DNA of 64,000 nt, taken from an uncultured Gammaproteobacteria bacterium (lineage in GTDB: Bacteria > Patescibacteriota > Microgenomatia > JALYQM01). How positions within the stretch are numbered: the first letter of the stretch is position 1; the number at the start of each line of letters is the position of its first letter. Both the position numbers and the translations under genes were made by a program. The stretch spans positions 712,630 through 776,629 of the forward strand of contig CAYOFQ010000001.1 of assembly GCA_964403585.1 (NCBI GenBank), written 5' to 3'. Shown in pieces: positions 37,077 through 46,506 of the stretch. Under the pieces are notes generated by a model. That model was not told the DNA's origin, made no database searches, and saw nothing but the letters and a program-made list of their open reading frames with translations.

Positions 37077-37724
37077 CTAACTATCCTCAATACTGATCAC
37101 ACGTCGGCCGATTTCGAGACCCAGGAAATAGGTTAGCACGGCATCGCCGCGCGTAATCCTAGTATACGGGATTCCGAACCACGAGCAACGCTCGACTATC
37201 CGGACAGCAGTAAGCTGACCGTGGGTATTCAGTGCCCAGCGGCCGGAAGCAAGTCGAGCTTGCTCTGTGACGGTCGGCCGGCGCGACTGGAAATCGCCGA
37301 TACTTAGCTGAGATCGAACGCGCGGATTCTCTTCGAACGGCATGAAGTCTACGATGCTGAACAGCGACGCCGGCCATTGAGTGAAGTCCAATTGTCGTAA
37401 ATCACCCATTACTGCGGAGAATTCGCCGATCAGCGCCAGTAGCTCAAGCGTGGTTCGCTCAGTCTCCTCAGCGTCTACGTCGAGCGCTAACTCCTGCTCT
37501 CGTAAGAGGCGCATGTAGTGCTCTTGTGGGGTCCGTGCCAGGATGAGGAGTGGTCGCCCGAGCAGCAGTTGAATGTTAGCCTTGTGGAGTAGGTAGTCAG
37601 TAAACCTCCGCTCAGTAAGTGCCGTCCAGGCCAATTTCGCCTCGGAAACTTGCGAGGTATTCTCGTGCTCGATATCCTTGAGTCGGAGGATCATCCCGAA
37701 GGCGACGTCTCTGGTGGGGTCCAT
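37077..37724 (-). CDS. hypothetical protein (215 aa) in GC-rich island
   Basis: ORF in GC-rich sequence (about 55% vs about 40% in sampled 60-mers). No family recognised. Confidence 0.45.
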   Translation of the reverse strand: MDPTRDVAFGMILRLKDIEHENTSQVSEAKLAWTALTERRFTDYLLHKANIQLLLGRPLLILARTPQEHYMRLLREQELALDVDAEETERTTLELLALIGEFSAVMGDLRQLDFTQWPASLFSIVDFMPFEENPRVRSQLSIGDFQSRRPTVTEQARLASGRWALNTHGQLTAVRIVERCSWFGIPYTRITRGDAVLTYFLGLEIGRRVISIEDS

Positions 37725-37739
37725 AGGTGTACTCCTTTT

Positions 37740-38183
37740 TTAACGTATCGGGCCAAGTCGAATAATGAGTCTGACCTTGAGGAAATTAAACTCCATCTCC
37801 ACCAGGTAGCGGGCGGAACGGTCAGCGATGTAATAGCTGGTCGATCGGGAAATGCTGATCGGGAACGGAATGCGTGGGCGGCCGGTGGCTCTTCCTTTGG
37901 CAGCCCAGAACGGAATCGCTCCGCTCTTTGGCGACTCAATCAGCAACCATCGCAGATACCACGGGATGAGCGGCATGCCGTCCATAAGTAGGCTATCAGC
38001 ATCAATTCCACTATCGGGAAATACCTCACGTCCGGTGAGGTTTACCGACGGGAACTTTTGCTTCAGCGCTCTCATTCGGATCATGCGTATCATCGCCTCG
38101 GATCTGTCTCGGTCAAGCACATACTGCACGAATTCGTCGAACAGTCTCTCCAGCTCCTCCTGAGGATCGGTTTGGGAAACCAT
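37740..38183 (-). CDS. hypothetical protein (~147 aa) in GC-rich island
   Basis: The start is set at the M with RBS gagagg. It is separated by 16 nt from the downstream gene, so they are probably co-transcribed. Confidence 0.4.
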   Translation of the reverse strand: MVSQTDPQEELERLFDEFVQYVLDRDRSEAMIRMIRMRALKQKFPSVNLTGREVFPDSGIDADSLLMDGMPLIPWYLRWLLIESPKSGAIPFWAAKGRATGRPRIPFPISISRSTSYYIADRSARYLVEMEFNFLKVRLIIRLGPIR

Positions 38184-38600
38184 TTGGCACCTCTCATACA
38201 TATAGCGCACCTATCAGCTCATCAATCGATCGGGCAAGTGCCCTTGTGCTGTAGGTCTTCTATCCAAGAAGTAAAGCGCTTCACGCGTTCGAGGAATCAA
38301 ACGAATAAAGCACCTTACTTCTTGGGGTGTCTGTCTTTTGCTGTTAAGGAACAAAATGCTGAAAGAACGTCGAAATCAAGCCCAATTGAGCTCAAAAGGA
38401 CAGACTTTTAGCTCTACTATTATATCACATTTGAGCTCAGAAGTAAATACTATAGGTTAATTTTTAGTTATGGAAAAGGCACTAAGGTTTGGTATAGACA
38501 GTATAGTTACGAAAAAAGCTTCGAGGCGAGGTGTCGTTGCCGACCCCAAGCTGAAACCTCTCGCACTGTATCCAGTCCCCTTAGTGCCTGATCCTGCACA

Positions 38601-39056
38601 TCATTCGCGTAACCGCCGAGCGGCAGACTCATGTATAGCCACCAGCCAGTGCACCAGACGCCGGTAGGCATCGTAGTGGTTGGCCAGGAGCTTAATGCAC
38701 TCCCAAACGATCACGACGGTGACATACGTCTGGGTACTGATTTGCCGACTCCCGTCGACGCCCGCGTTCCACCCGACCACAATTATGCCAATAAACAGCA
38801 CCGACCACAGCACGTCGCGGAACAGGTAGCCAACTGATAGCGGCTGCGGCTCGGGCGCCAGGTGGATAAGAATTCCGTACAGTTTTGCGAACTCGTCGAT
38901 TTTACCGGCGAACTCCTTGCGGTATCTGGGATGCCGTAACATGCTCATCATGAGAACTCCAAACGACACCAGTACCAACAGGCAACTCAGGCTATTGTCC
39001 AGGAGAAAATTCACCATCTCAGTGCTCCTTTTACTTATCGACATTCGAAACGGCAA
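38601..39056 (-). CDS. membrane protein (island)
   Basis: Multiple TM helices. Confidence 0.4.
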   Translation of the reverse strand: MPFRMSISKRSTEMVNFLLDNSLSCLLVLVSFGVLMMSMLRHPRYRKEFAGKIDEFAKLYGILIHLAPEPQPLSVGYLFRDVLWSVLFIGIIVVGWNAGVDGSRQISTQTYVTVVIVWECIKLLANHYDAYRRLVHWLVAIHESAARRLRE

Positions 39057-39206
39057 ATACGCTATGGTAACGTGCAGGAGTTAACTATCTCCCTACTATC
39101 TTGCGCAGACTGTGCCTTGTAACCATGAAGCCGTTAACGGCTATCACAATCCAAAACACAAGCTGCGGTAAGCAGAAGAGAGCATAGTTCCGGCAATGGG
39201 AAGCGG

Positions 39207-39698
39207 CTAGCGACGGATACGGGTAAACGTGATCTGGATTGTGCGACCCTGCAGGTCGTCCCGGTCGATGAACAACACCAGGGAGATGTCCTGAGACGCT
39301 CCCTTCAAGTGAAAGTTGTCCGGAGCGTTGCCTATCCACAAGTCGGGATCGACCTGCTCGAAGTAACCATCGTCCAGCCCTGGAGTGACTATCTCCACTG
39401 ACCTAGGATAGATCAGCGTCCAATAGTCGTCCTCCCACGGGTTGTTCGCGAGCAGGTTGTTCATCCAGAACCGGCCAGTTGCATCGAACCGGGCTTTGAT
39501 CCGGAGCGGCTCGGAGGCCGTTATCTGCACCGTCTCTCCGGCTGTGTATACTTCATTCGTACCGAACGTCGAAATTTGCCAGTTGCCCGGTGCAACGACG
39601 ATAGTAACCGTATCAGGCTGTGCCCGAGCCGCCTGGGGGAGTGCCAACGCGATTGTCGTGATGATCAGAATCAGCGGGGTGATCAGACGTCTTCTCAT
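39207..39698 (-). CDS. secreted hypothetical protein (island)
   Basis: Signal peptide ...AARA|QPD. Confidence 0.45.
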   Translation of the reverse strand: MRRRLITPLILIITTIALALPQAARAQPDTVTIVVAPGNWQISTFGTNEVYTAGETVQITASEPLRIKARFDATGRFWMNNLLANNPWEDDYWTLIYPRSVEIVTPGLDDGYFEQVDPDLWIGNAPDNFHLKGASQDISLVLFIDRDDLQGRTIQITFTRIRR

Positions 39699-39808
39699 GA
39701 GGATGCTCCTCTGCTTACAAAAGATAGTAGGGACAATCAGCGCTTCAATACTTTAAAGTTCTGACTGTCACTACTAAGGTAATAGCATGGTAAGGTGCAA
39801 AAGGGAAG

Positions 39809-39882
39809 TGCTCCCGATGTGACTCGAACACATGACCTACTCCTTAGAAGGGAGTTGCTCTATCCAGCTGAGCTACGGGAGC
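39809..39882 (-). tRNA. tRNA-Arg (anticodon TCT)
   Basis: Cloverleaf has 7-bp acceptor gctcccg/cgggagc, D-loop AGCTGGATA, anticodon stem actcc/ggagt with loop cTTCTaa, and T-loop TTCGAGT. No encoded CCA. Confidence 0.85.
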
Positions 39883-39936
39883 GTAAAAGCACGACTAATT
39901 ATACCAATTCAGAAGGGTTTCTGCTACACTATTTAT

Positions 39937-40302
39937 ATGACAGATCTTTATTTTACTTTCTTATCCATTCATATTTTAGGTGCCGTCAGCCTTTTTGCCT
40001 GGATTTTCTTCGCCCTTCTATCGCTTAAAGTTACAACCCTGATGAGTTATCGAAAACAGGCCATGATTATTTCAATTAACGGCGGAGTACAGCTTGTCAC
40101 CGGCTCGCTGGTCGGATTGGCGCACCACGGAAACCCTGTTACGTTCTGTGCCAAAATTGGCTTATATTTGGCCGTTATTGCGGTTACCGAACTGGCTTTG
40201 TACTGGAAAATGCAACACAAAGAGGCCTTCCCGGCTGCCACGGTGTATTCTACGCTGACAATAGGCATGCTCTTTGCCGTAATGACGGTTATTTCCTTTT
40301 AA
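39937..40302 (+). CDS. small membrane protein (~121 aa)
   Basis: Four TM helices. The start is set downstream of the tRNA. Confidence 0.4.
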   Translation: MTDLYFTFLSIHILGAVSLFAWIFFALLSLKVTTLMSYRKQAMIISINGGVQLVTGSLVGLAHHGNPVTFCAKIGLYLAVIAVTELALYWKMQHKEAFPAATVYSTLTIGMLFAVMTVISF

Positions 40303-41294
40303 AGTAGTTCCTGGAGTTGCCGTCCGATCTTCCCGTGGTCGTGGCGAATCGTATCCAGTTTATTCCAGATCTCGCGCTTTTCACCGGCCGATTCGGCAAA
40401 ATCCGCAACAATAACCTGAAAGGGCAGTGTATTCAATTTTTCCATTTCGCGGTCATCAGGATTAATAACATGGATACCGTCGGCAGCATATTTTGCCAGC
40501 ACTGTTTCGGTGAGATGAGTGCTCTTATTAACCAGCGCGTAATCCAAAACACCGCTCCCTAAAAACTCCGACATCTTGGTAACATAGTCAAAGGCGGAAT
40601 AAGTATCAGTTTGTCCCGGCTGTGTGGTGGTGTTTGCAACATACACGACAGTACCGTTAGTTTCAGCTAACGCTTCACGGATCCCGCCAAACACTAACGT
40701 AGCCATAATACTGGTATAAAAACTTCCCGGACCAATAACTACCAGATCGGCAGTTCTGATTTCATCTAATACTACCTCGGTAGCCCGGGCATCCTCATCA
40801 GACAAAAAAAGTCGTTTAATCGGCGACTTGTTTAACCCCCGTGTTTCCAGTTCGTTGCGGGTAATAGTTCCGTCTTCCAGTTCCGCACATAAATCGACAT
40901 TCGCGTCAGAAACAGGTACAACCCGTGCAATGCACCCGACTAATTCCTGCAATTCATCTACCGCTACTGAAAAACTTCCCTCCATTTGCGCCAAAGCAGC
41001 AATAATCAGATTACCAACGGCCATCCCTTCAAGTTGCGGAACGCCGTCTCCATTAAAACGGTGTTGTAAAAGGCGGGGAATCAACCGCTCATGGTCGTAA
41101 GCCAAATTAGAAATAGTATTGCGGATATCTCCGGGAGCAGGAATATTCCCGATCGACCGGGCAACACCGGTACTTCGACCACAATCGGTAGTACCGACAA
41201 TCGCAGTCATTTGCGAAAAATAGGACTGGCAGGAAAGAATTATTTGCGTAGTGCCGTTGCCCCCGCCTAGAGCAACTAATTTTTTATCATGCAT
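40299..41294 (-). CDS. yvcK: YvcK-like gluconeogenesis factor (CofD/UPF0052 family)
   Basis: N-terminus KLVALGGGNGTTQIL. Family-typical GDIRN and GPGSFYTS motifs. Confidence 0.8.
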   Translation of the reverse strand: MHDKKLVALGGGNGTTQIILSCQSYFSQMTAIVGTTDCGRSTGVARSIGNIPAPGDIRNTISNLAYDHERLIPRLLQHRFNGDGVPQLEGMAVGNLIIAALAQMEGSFSVAVDELQELVGCIARVVPVSDANVDLCAELEDGTITRNELETRGLNKSPIKRLFLSDEDARATEVVLDEIRTADLVVIGPGSFYTSIMATLVFGGIREALAETNGTVVYVANTTTQPGQTDTYSAFDYVTKMSEFLGSGVLDYALVNKSTHLTETVLAKYAADGIHVINPDDREMEKLNTLPFQVIVADFAESAGEKREIWNKLDTIRHDHGKIGRQLQELL

Positions 41295-41315
41295 ATAACG
41301 TAGTATACTAATGCT

Positions 41316-42083
41316 ATGACAAAAGAGCCAACAGAAAAATTATACGGGGAGTATTACAAACTGGATGCACACAAAGTTGAAAAAAGGGCGTACAATTTAT
41401 TTTTCGACGTTTTAAAACAGCAGAATTTTGACAAAACTAAAGCAACCTATGTATTTGATGTCGACCATACCTTACTAAATGTTAACCATCTGAAAGAGGT
41501 ATTTAATCACGCCTTTGCTACATTTGACCCTGTCTTTAGCCCGTCGGTATGGCTGGACACCTATCCCCAGGCGAAAACTAAAGAAAACTATTACGATTAT
41601 ACACAGCACATGGCTATTCTGGCCCAAAAATCTGAAGGCAATAAAGAAGAATTAATGCGTTTGATGGAGCGGACTGTGGCACAAGCTATACCCGAAATGA
41701 TCCACCCGAATTTACTCTGGCAAATGCAGGACGAGCGGGATCATATTAATGTGGTCCTCGCGACTGCGGGCGAAACGCTTTATCACCGCTTGAAAATTAG
41801 AGCGCTGCTCGCATACCTACCAGTCTTGCCAAATGCAATCATTTATATAGAGCGAACAAGTAAGGGCGATGCGCTTAATGAACTATATAAATACTTCAAA
41901 CTGCCTGATGAACATGAAACGTATCTCTTTGACGACAACCCCTCGGAACTGGAAGATGTCCACCAACACTGCAAGGGCAAAAAGATCCATCTGATCAGAG
42001 TTCGTCAGGTCAACGGTCATTACAACGATAAAGTCCTTGCAAACCTGATTAGGGCTGAAGAGTGGAATTATAGTAATCACTAG
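41316..42083 (+). CDS. hypothetical protein, possibly HAD-like (DxDxT)
   Basis: FDVDHTL fits HAD motif I. The rest is not recognisable. Confidence 0.35.
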   Translation: MTKEPTEKLYGEYYKLDAHKVEKRAYNLFFDVLKQQNFDKTKATYVFDVDHTLLNVNHLKEVFNHAFATFDPVFSPSVWLDTYPQAKTKENYYDYTQHMAILAQKSEGNKEELMRLMERTVAQAIPEMIHPNLLWQMQDERDHINVVLATAGETLYHRLKIRALLAYLPVLPNAIIYIERTSKGDALNELYKYFKLPDEHETYLFDDNPSELEDVHQHCKGKKIHLIRVRQVNGHYNDKVLANLIRAEEWNYSNH

Positions 42084-42116
42084 ACAAGATCTCCAGGATA
42101 CTTCTATACTGAAAAG

Positions 42117-44399
42117 GTGATAGCTTTTAAACATACCAAAGCACTCCATATACTCCTTGTCACGGTTATCGTAACCAGCCTGCTGGCAGTTATGAGCAAT
42201 TATGGACGTGAATTGAGTTATGGACAAACTATCAATCCTGCCGGTTGTTACACCTATGTTGTTACGGATAAAAATAACTCGAGTGTCAAGTTTATGGCTA
42301 TAAACTTAAATACAAGAGTACTCACTCCTTTGTCAGCAACCTACTCCGGAGATGATATTTTCGAATCCCTTGCTATAGATCCAACCAACAAAGTTCTCTA
42401 TACCGTTTCGTTAAGTGGGTATTCATCTCCCGGTCGACTGTATAAAGTCGATGGTACTACCGGAGCCGTTACATTAGTTGGTAACACCGGCTACACCAGC
42501 GTTTCTGCGCTGTCATTTAAGCCGGATGGCACCCTATGGGGCTGGGATGAAACGAAAGGTTTAATTAGTATTAACAAAACCACTGGTGCTGCAACATTGT
42601 CCTATTCAACTGTCAGGGATTTCGGTGGTATGGCGTGGAACACTGCCGGCACAGTGCTATACTTATCTCTCGAAAATAAGGAATTGTGGACTTATACTCC
42701 TTCCACAAACACACTTTCAAGAATTGCTACCAATCTTCCCTATGAAGGCGACTCATTAGCCATGAGACCCGACGGAGTATTGCTTGGCGGAAACGGTAAC
42801 GGTGGTTCAGGTCAGGTAACCATTTACTCCTACAATACTTCAACTAAGACCTCCAGCAATGTGATCTCGATTGCAAGCGACTACGATGATGTTGAGGATA
42901 TTGCCTGGCCACAGAGCTGCGGAAATCCATATAGCCCAACACCCAGCCCGACACCGAGCCGCACACCAACACCGACACCTACTCCGTCACGAACCCCTAC
43001 ACCTACTCCGACACCCACACCAACGCCTACGCCATCACCGACCCCAACTCCTACGCCTGCCTGTGCTCCGAATTGCTCAACAAAAGAAATCGGTACTATT
43101 AATCCGCTATTCAACACCTTCTCCGCCGACGGTGACAACACCATTGAAATGAATGATCCGGACACCTGGGTTCGCTTAACAATTCAGGGCCCGAGCCCGC
43201 TTGCCTCAAGCAATGTCATTGTCAGTGAACGAATTGATACCACCAACTTTACAATTAACTCGCCCTACCACACCTCAGCGTCAGACTACAGTATTAAAGT
43301 TACCAAGAAGAGCGGTGCCACAGAAAACGATATAACCTGTGCCGATAGTGGCGACGCGGATGCAATACCTGATTGTGTGACCAGGCTCCCAGCCAGCGGA
43401 TCGATTACCGGACTCAATGTTACCTTAACGAATGTTTTAGCTGCCGATGTACATTACATCTACTTTAAAGTGACACCGGTTCGATCGTTAAGTTCTGCGG
43501 AAATTGACAGCAGTACCAGCCAAATTGAATATGTTGGCTTTGGCGCAACCAATCCGAACCGGCTTGTGTCTTTGGATATGCACCAGGTAAACATTAATTC
43601 GGGACCCTCATTCTTCCAGGTATATAATGGCGATGTCTACACCGCATCAACCGATACATCGGTCGCGGTAGAATCGAAACTGCCCCTCAATACTGCTTTT
43701 GACCCAACCAATAAATCCATAATTATCGCCAAAGGCGGCTCCAACTGGGGAAATGGGCGAGTTAATACCAAAGGGTGGGATATCAGCAATTACAATAGAG
43801 TAGACAATAGCGATTTTGATTATGATGTTTATGCAGCACGCTATGCCGAACAAATCAAAGCGGTAGATATAACCAACCTTGGATACGCAGCCCTTACGAC
43901 TTCAGGTTATTATATTGATACGAACGCTACGGCTGCAGGGTATTCATTAACATTAGGGAATACCTGGAGTGGGATAAATATCCAGGGGAAGCAACTTGTA
44001 GTATTTGTACCCGGAGATCTGTTTATCAATAAATCATTTACAATTCAAAAAGACGGATTAAGTTCGATTATCTTTATCGTCAAAGGTAATATCGGAATCG
44101 ATCCGGATGTGACCAAAGTAGAGGGTATGTATATTGCCGAACAGGGGAAAATTGATACATCGTGTCGAGGAACATTTACGCTATCTCTCTGCGCTCCGGA
44201 TAGTACAAATTCATTATCCAACAAACAATTAGCACTCGAAGGGTTTTTCTATTCTGACGACGGTGGATTCAACCTGGATCGTAAGCCAACCTCAACGACC
44301 ACTGCCGGAGAAATATTCACCTTACGCCCGGATCTCTTAATTAATGCCATGACTTCGGTTGGACTGAAGCAATATGCCTGGACAGAAAATGTGCAGTAA
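42117..44399 (+). CDS. large secreted cell-surface protein with Pro-Thr/Pro-Ser repeat linker
   Basis: N-terminal TM/signal anchor. [17 protein letters not shown]... low-complexity linker near residues 270-320. Confidence 0.55.
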   Translation: MIAFKHTKALHILLVTVIVTSLLAVMSNYGRELSYGQTINPAGCYTYVVTDKNNSSVKFMAINLNTRVLTPLSATYSGDDIFESLAIDPTNKVLYTVSLSGYSSPGRLYKVDGTTGAVTLVGNTGYTSVSALSFKPDGTLWGWDETKGLISINKTTGAATLSYSTVRDFGGMAWNTAGTVLYLSLENKELWTYTPSTNTLSRIATNLPYEGDSLAMRPDGVLLGGNGNGGSGQVTIYSYNTSTKTSSNVISIASDYDDVEDIAWPQSCGNPYSPTPSPTPSRTPTPTPTPSRTPTPTPTPTPTPTPSPTPTPTPACAPNCSTKEIGTINPLFNTFSADGDNTIEMNDPDTWVRLTIQGPSPLASSNVIVSERIDTTNFTINSPYHTSASDYSIKVTKKSGATENDITCADSGDADAIPDCVTRLPASGSITGLNVTLTNVLAADVHYIYFKVTPVRSLSSAEIDSSTSQIEYVGFGATNPNRLVSLDMHQVNINSGPSFFQVYNGDVYTASTDTSVAVESKLPLNTAFDPTNKSIIIAKGGSNWGNGRVNTKGWDISNYNRVDNSDFDYDVYAARYAEQIKAVDITNLGYAALTTSGYYIDTNATAAGYSLTLGNTWSGINIQGKQLVVFVPGDLFINKSFTIQKDGLSSIIFIVKGNIGIDPDVTKVEGMYIAEQGKIDTSCRGTFTLSLCAPDSTNSLSNKQLALEGFFYSDDGGFNLDRKPTSTTTAGEIFTLRPDLLINAMTSVGLKQYAWTENVQ

Positions 44400-44402
44400 T
44401 CT

Positions 44403-44912
44403 ATGACTTCAAAAATCCTTCTGCTCGTATTAATGCTCTACTGGTGCTACTGGTTACTCTTTCCGCGCGGTAATCCCTGGATCTTTCTTGATGGCGTTAA
44501 CTTGATCTTTCATGAAGCTGGCCATGTGATCTTTATGATTCTCGGTCAATTCATGATGGTGCTTGGAGGATCATTAACCCAGTGTTTGATTCCCACACTA
44601 ATCGGAGTTTATTTTATTGTCAAAAAACAATGGTATTCGGCTAATTTCTGTTTATTTTGGCTTGGCGATAATCTGATTAATGTCAGTGTATATATAAAAG
44701 ATGCCCGTTCAATGATTCTTCCGCTTTTAGGTGGTGATACCAGCGGACACGACTGGCACTGGCTGCTGAATACGTTAAATCTGCTCGAATACGATCAACA
44801 AATTGGCGGTTTTGTCTGGGGGTGTGGAGCGCTTGGTGTGCTCACATCAATCGGATTGGCTATTTATTTGATTATGCTACACCACCTGGACAGAGAAATA
44901 GCCGTAGCTTAA
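44403..44912 (+). CDS. polytopic membrane protein with HEAGH (HExxH) motif
   Basis: Four to five TM helices. FHEAGHVIF in the first cytoplasmic-side loop. Confidence 0.4.
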   Translation: MTSKILLLVLMLYWCYWLLFPRGNPWIFLDGVNLIFHEAGHVIFMILGQFMMVLGGSLTQCLIPTLIGVYFIVKKQWYSANFCLFWLGDNLINVSVYIKDARSMILPLLGGDTSGHDWHWLLNTLNLLEYDQQIGGFVWGCGALGVLTSIGLAIYLIMLHHLDREIAVA

Positions 44913-44929
44913 AATCAAGACAAACATCT

Positions 44930-45549
44930 ATGAACCACCTCATTTTAGCGTCAACTCCCCCCGCCGCAAAGAGATTCTCAGTTGGCTTGGTATGCCGTTC
45001 GATACAGTCAGTCCCGAGGTTGACGAAGAAGCAGTCATAAACCCAAACGCTGAGCAATTATGTATGACATTAGCAGAAGCAAAAGCGCAAAATATAGCGC
45101 AAAACCGCCGCAAAGGACTGGTAATCGGTTCAGATTGCGTTGGCGATTGTGCAGGTGAAATAATCGGCAAACCACGCGACAAAGCACACCAGCGGCAAAT
45201 GCTCGAAAAATTTCAGGCAACGCCAACTGACTGGTACACCGGGGTATGTATTATCGACGCTTCAACCGGGCGAAAAATAATCAGAGCGGATAAATCGACA
45301 CTCTACATGCCCAGATTAGACCCTGTCCATCTGGAGCACTATATCAATACTGTTGACAGTTCAGGCAAAGCCGGAGGTTTTGGGATTCAGGAAGAAGATG
45401 GCTTCTTTGTTGAAAAAATTGAAGGAAGCTTTACTAACATTATGGGGTTCCCGATTTGCCTGGTTGCCGGAATGCTGCAGGAGTTTGGTCTTCAAATACC
45501 CGTAAATGTCCATCAGGTAGCAATGGAGCATATCGGGAGAGAGTGCTAA
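44930..45549 (+). pseudogene. maf: Maf-like nucleoside triphosphate pyrophosphatase, interrupted by a frameshift in a C6 homopolymer
   Basis: The ATG at 44930 gives MNHLILAST.... After the C-run at 44957-44962 the conserved SPRRKEILSWLGMPFDTVSPEVDEE continues in the frame of the 44992 ORF. Adding one C or removing two restores a full Maf. The downstream core IGSD and GKP are intact. Confidence 0.6.
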
Positions 45550-45552
45550 TTG

Positions 45553-46461
45553 TTATTCTGCCTGCTTACCTAAAACTTTCTGATCAAATACATCTTGATC
45601 AATTTGAAACGAATTAATAAGTCTAATCATATTCTTTTCGGCATCAAATGAATCTCTTTCATCAAGCCCGACCCCGCGCACTTGCCCGATAAAACCGGTT
45701 ACGAGTGGTAACCCTAACCCGACAATACCTTCGGGCAACGTAAGATTACCTCTGATATTGGCGTAGCCGATAAATGCAGCCATGGTTGCTCCATAGCTTC
45801 CGACCGTTAGCGCAACGGTACGTCCCAATTTATAAATTTGCTTATTCTTATGTTCATACTCATGGGCTAATGTTCCCGCCATTTCCCGCTGGGCCGCATG
45901 CTTTAATAGCCGGCCATAAAATTGCAAAGCATGTTCCCGTTGTTCCTCAAGTGGAACACCGGGCATAAGTGTTCCCTCATAGGCAGCCCACAAATACTCG
46001 TCCCTTCGTGTCTTGTTACCTGAAAAAAGCGGTTTCTCTTCACGGCCGGACAATTTATACGGCCAAAAGCCCGGCCACAGTGTCCGATACACTTTCGAAT
46101 CCTGAAATTTTTGCCACCAGCTGTCTTTGTGCACTCGCTCAACTACAGGCGTGTCATCTTCTTCCCGATACATCCAGTTAGTTATATCCGTATACACATG
46201 ATTGAGTCTGCGTGCGATAGCGTTTTCGTAGATAGTGATCCGGTTTGTGAGCCTATTTAACGCTCCAACTACAGTAGTTTTGCTCTCACCGGACAATTGC
46301 AATGGAATCCTTACGTTATCCGGGTATCCCAAATTGCGCAGGCCTTCGGCTAACTTTTGCTGGTCAATCCTAAAAAGCGAACTTCCCGGAGAGAGTTCTT
46401 TATATGTAACTTCTATAGGATTAAATGATTTTTCACTATTACCTGGTGACTCTGCTTCCAT
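45553..46461 (-). CDS. hypothetical protein with HEYEH (HExxH) motif, putative metallopeptidase-like
   Basis: LAHEYEH is followed by a hydrophobic segment. Confidence 0.4.
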   Translation of the reverse strand: MEAESPGNSEKSFNPIEVTYKELSPGSSLFRIDQQKLAEGLRNLGYPDNVRIPLQLSGESKTTVVGALNRLTNRITIYENAIARRLNHVYTDITNWMYREEDDTPVVERVHKDSWWQKFQDSKVYRTLWPGFWPYKLSGREEKPLFSGNKTRRDEYLWAAYEGTLMPGVPLEEQREHALQFYGRLLKHAAQREMAGTLAHEYEHKNKQIYKLGRTVALTVGSYGATMAAFIGYANIRGNLTLPEGIVGLGLPLVTGFIGQVRGVGLDERDSFDAEKNMIRLINSFQIDQDVFDQKVLGKQAE

Positions 46462-46506
46462 GTTTAGATAATATCAGGTACAAAAGAATTGCTCAATTAT
46501 ATACTA

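Noticed and set aside
36950-39808. Integrase, att direct repeat or transposase that would define the GC-rich island as an intact mobile element
   Set aside because: Nothing with a tyrosine or serine recombinase, DDE or HTH-transposase signature was seen. No copy of the tRNA-Arg 3' end was found at the distal edge. The island is reported on composition and position only.
39795-40028. 77-aa + strand ORF overlapping tRNA-Arg, and the 5' part of the 39832..40302 ORF
   Set aside because: Antisense to, or overlapping, a confidently folded tRNA. The real membrane-protein start is the downstream M at 39937.
42950-43060. Short-period direct repeats that might be mistaken for a CRISPR array or tandem repeat locus
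   Set aside because: The period is 6-12 nt, not 28-37 nt repeats with unique spacers. It lies inside a coding region and encodes PTPTPSPT linkers. No CRISPR array is present in the window.
42871-43165. Overlapping ORFs (HRAAHQHRH... and GVGVGVG...) on both strands inside the 760-aa surface protein
   Set aside because: Artefacts of the Pro-Thr repeat DNA (ccgacacc periodicity), which stays open in several frames. The same explanation covers 50793..51104 (+), 33677..33892 (+) and 62675..63073 (+), which lie opposite PT-rich linkers.
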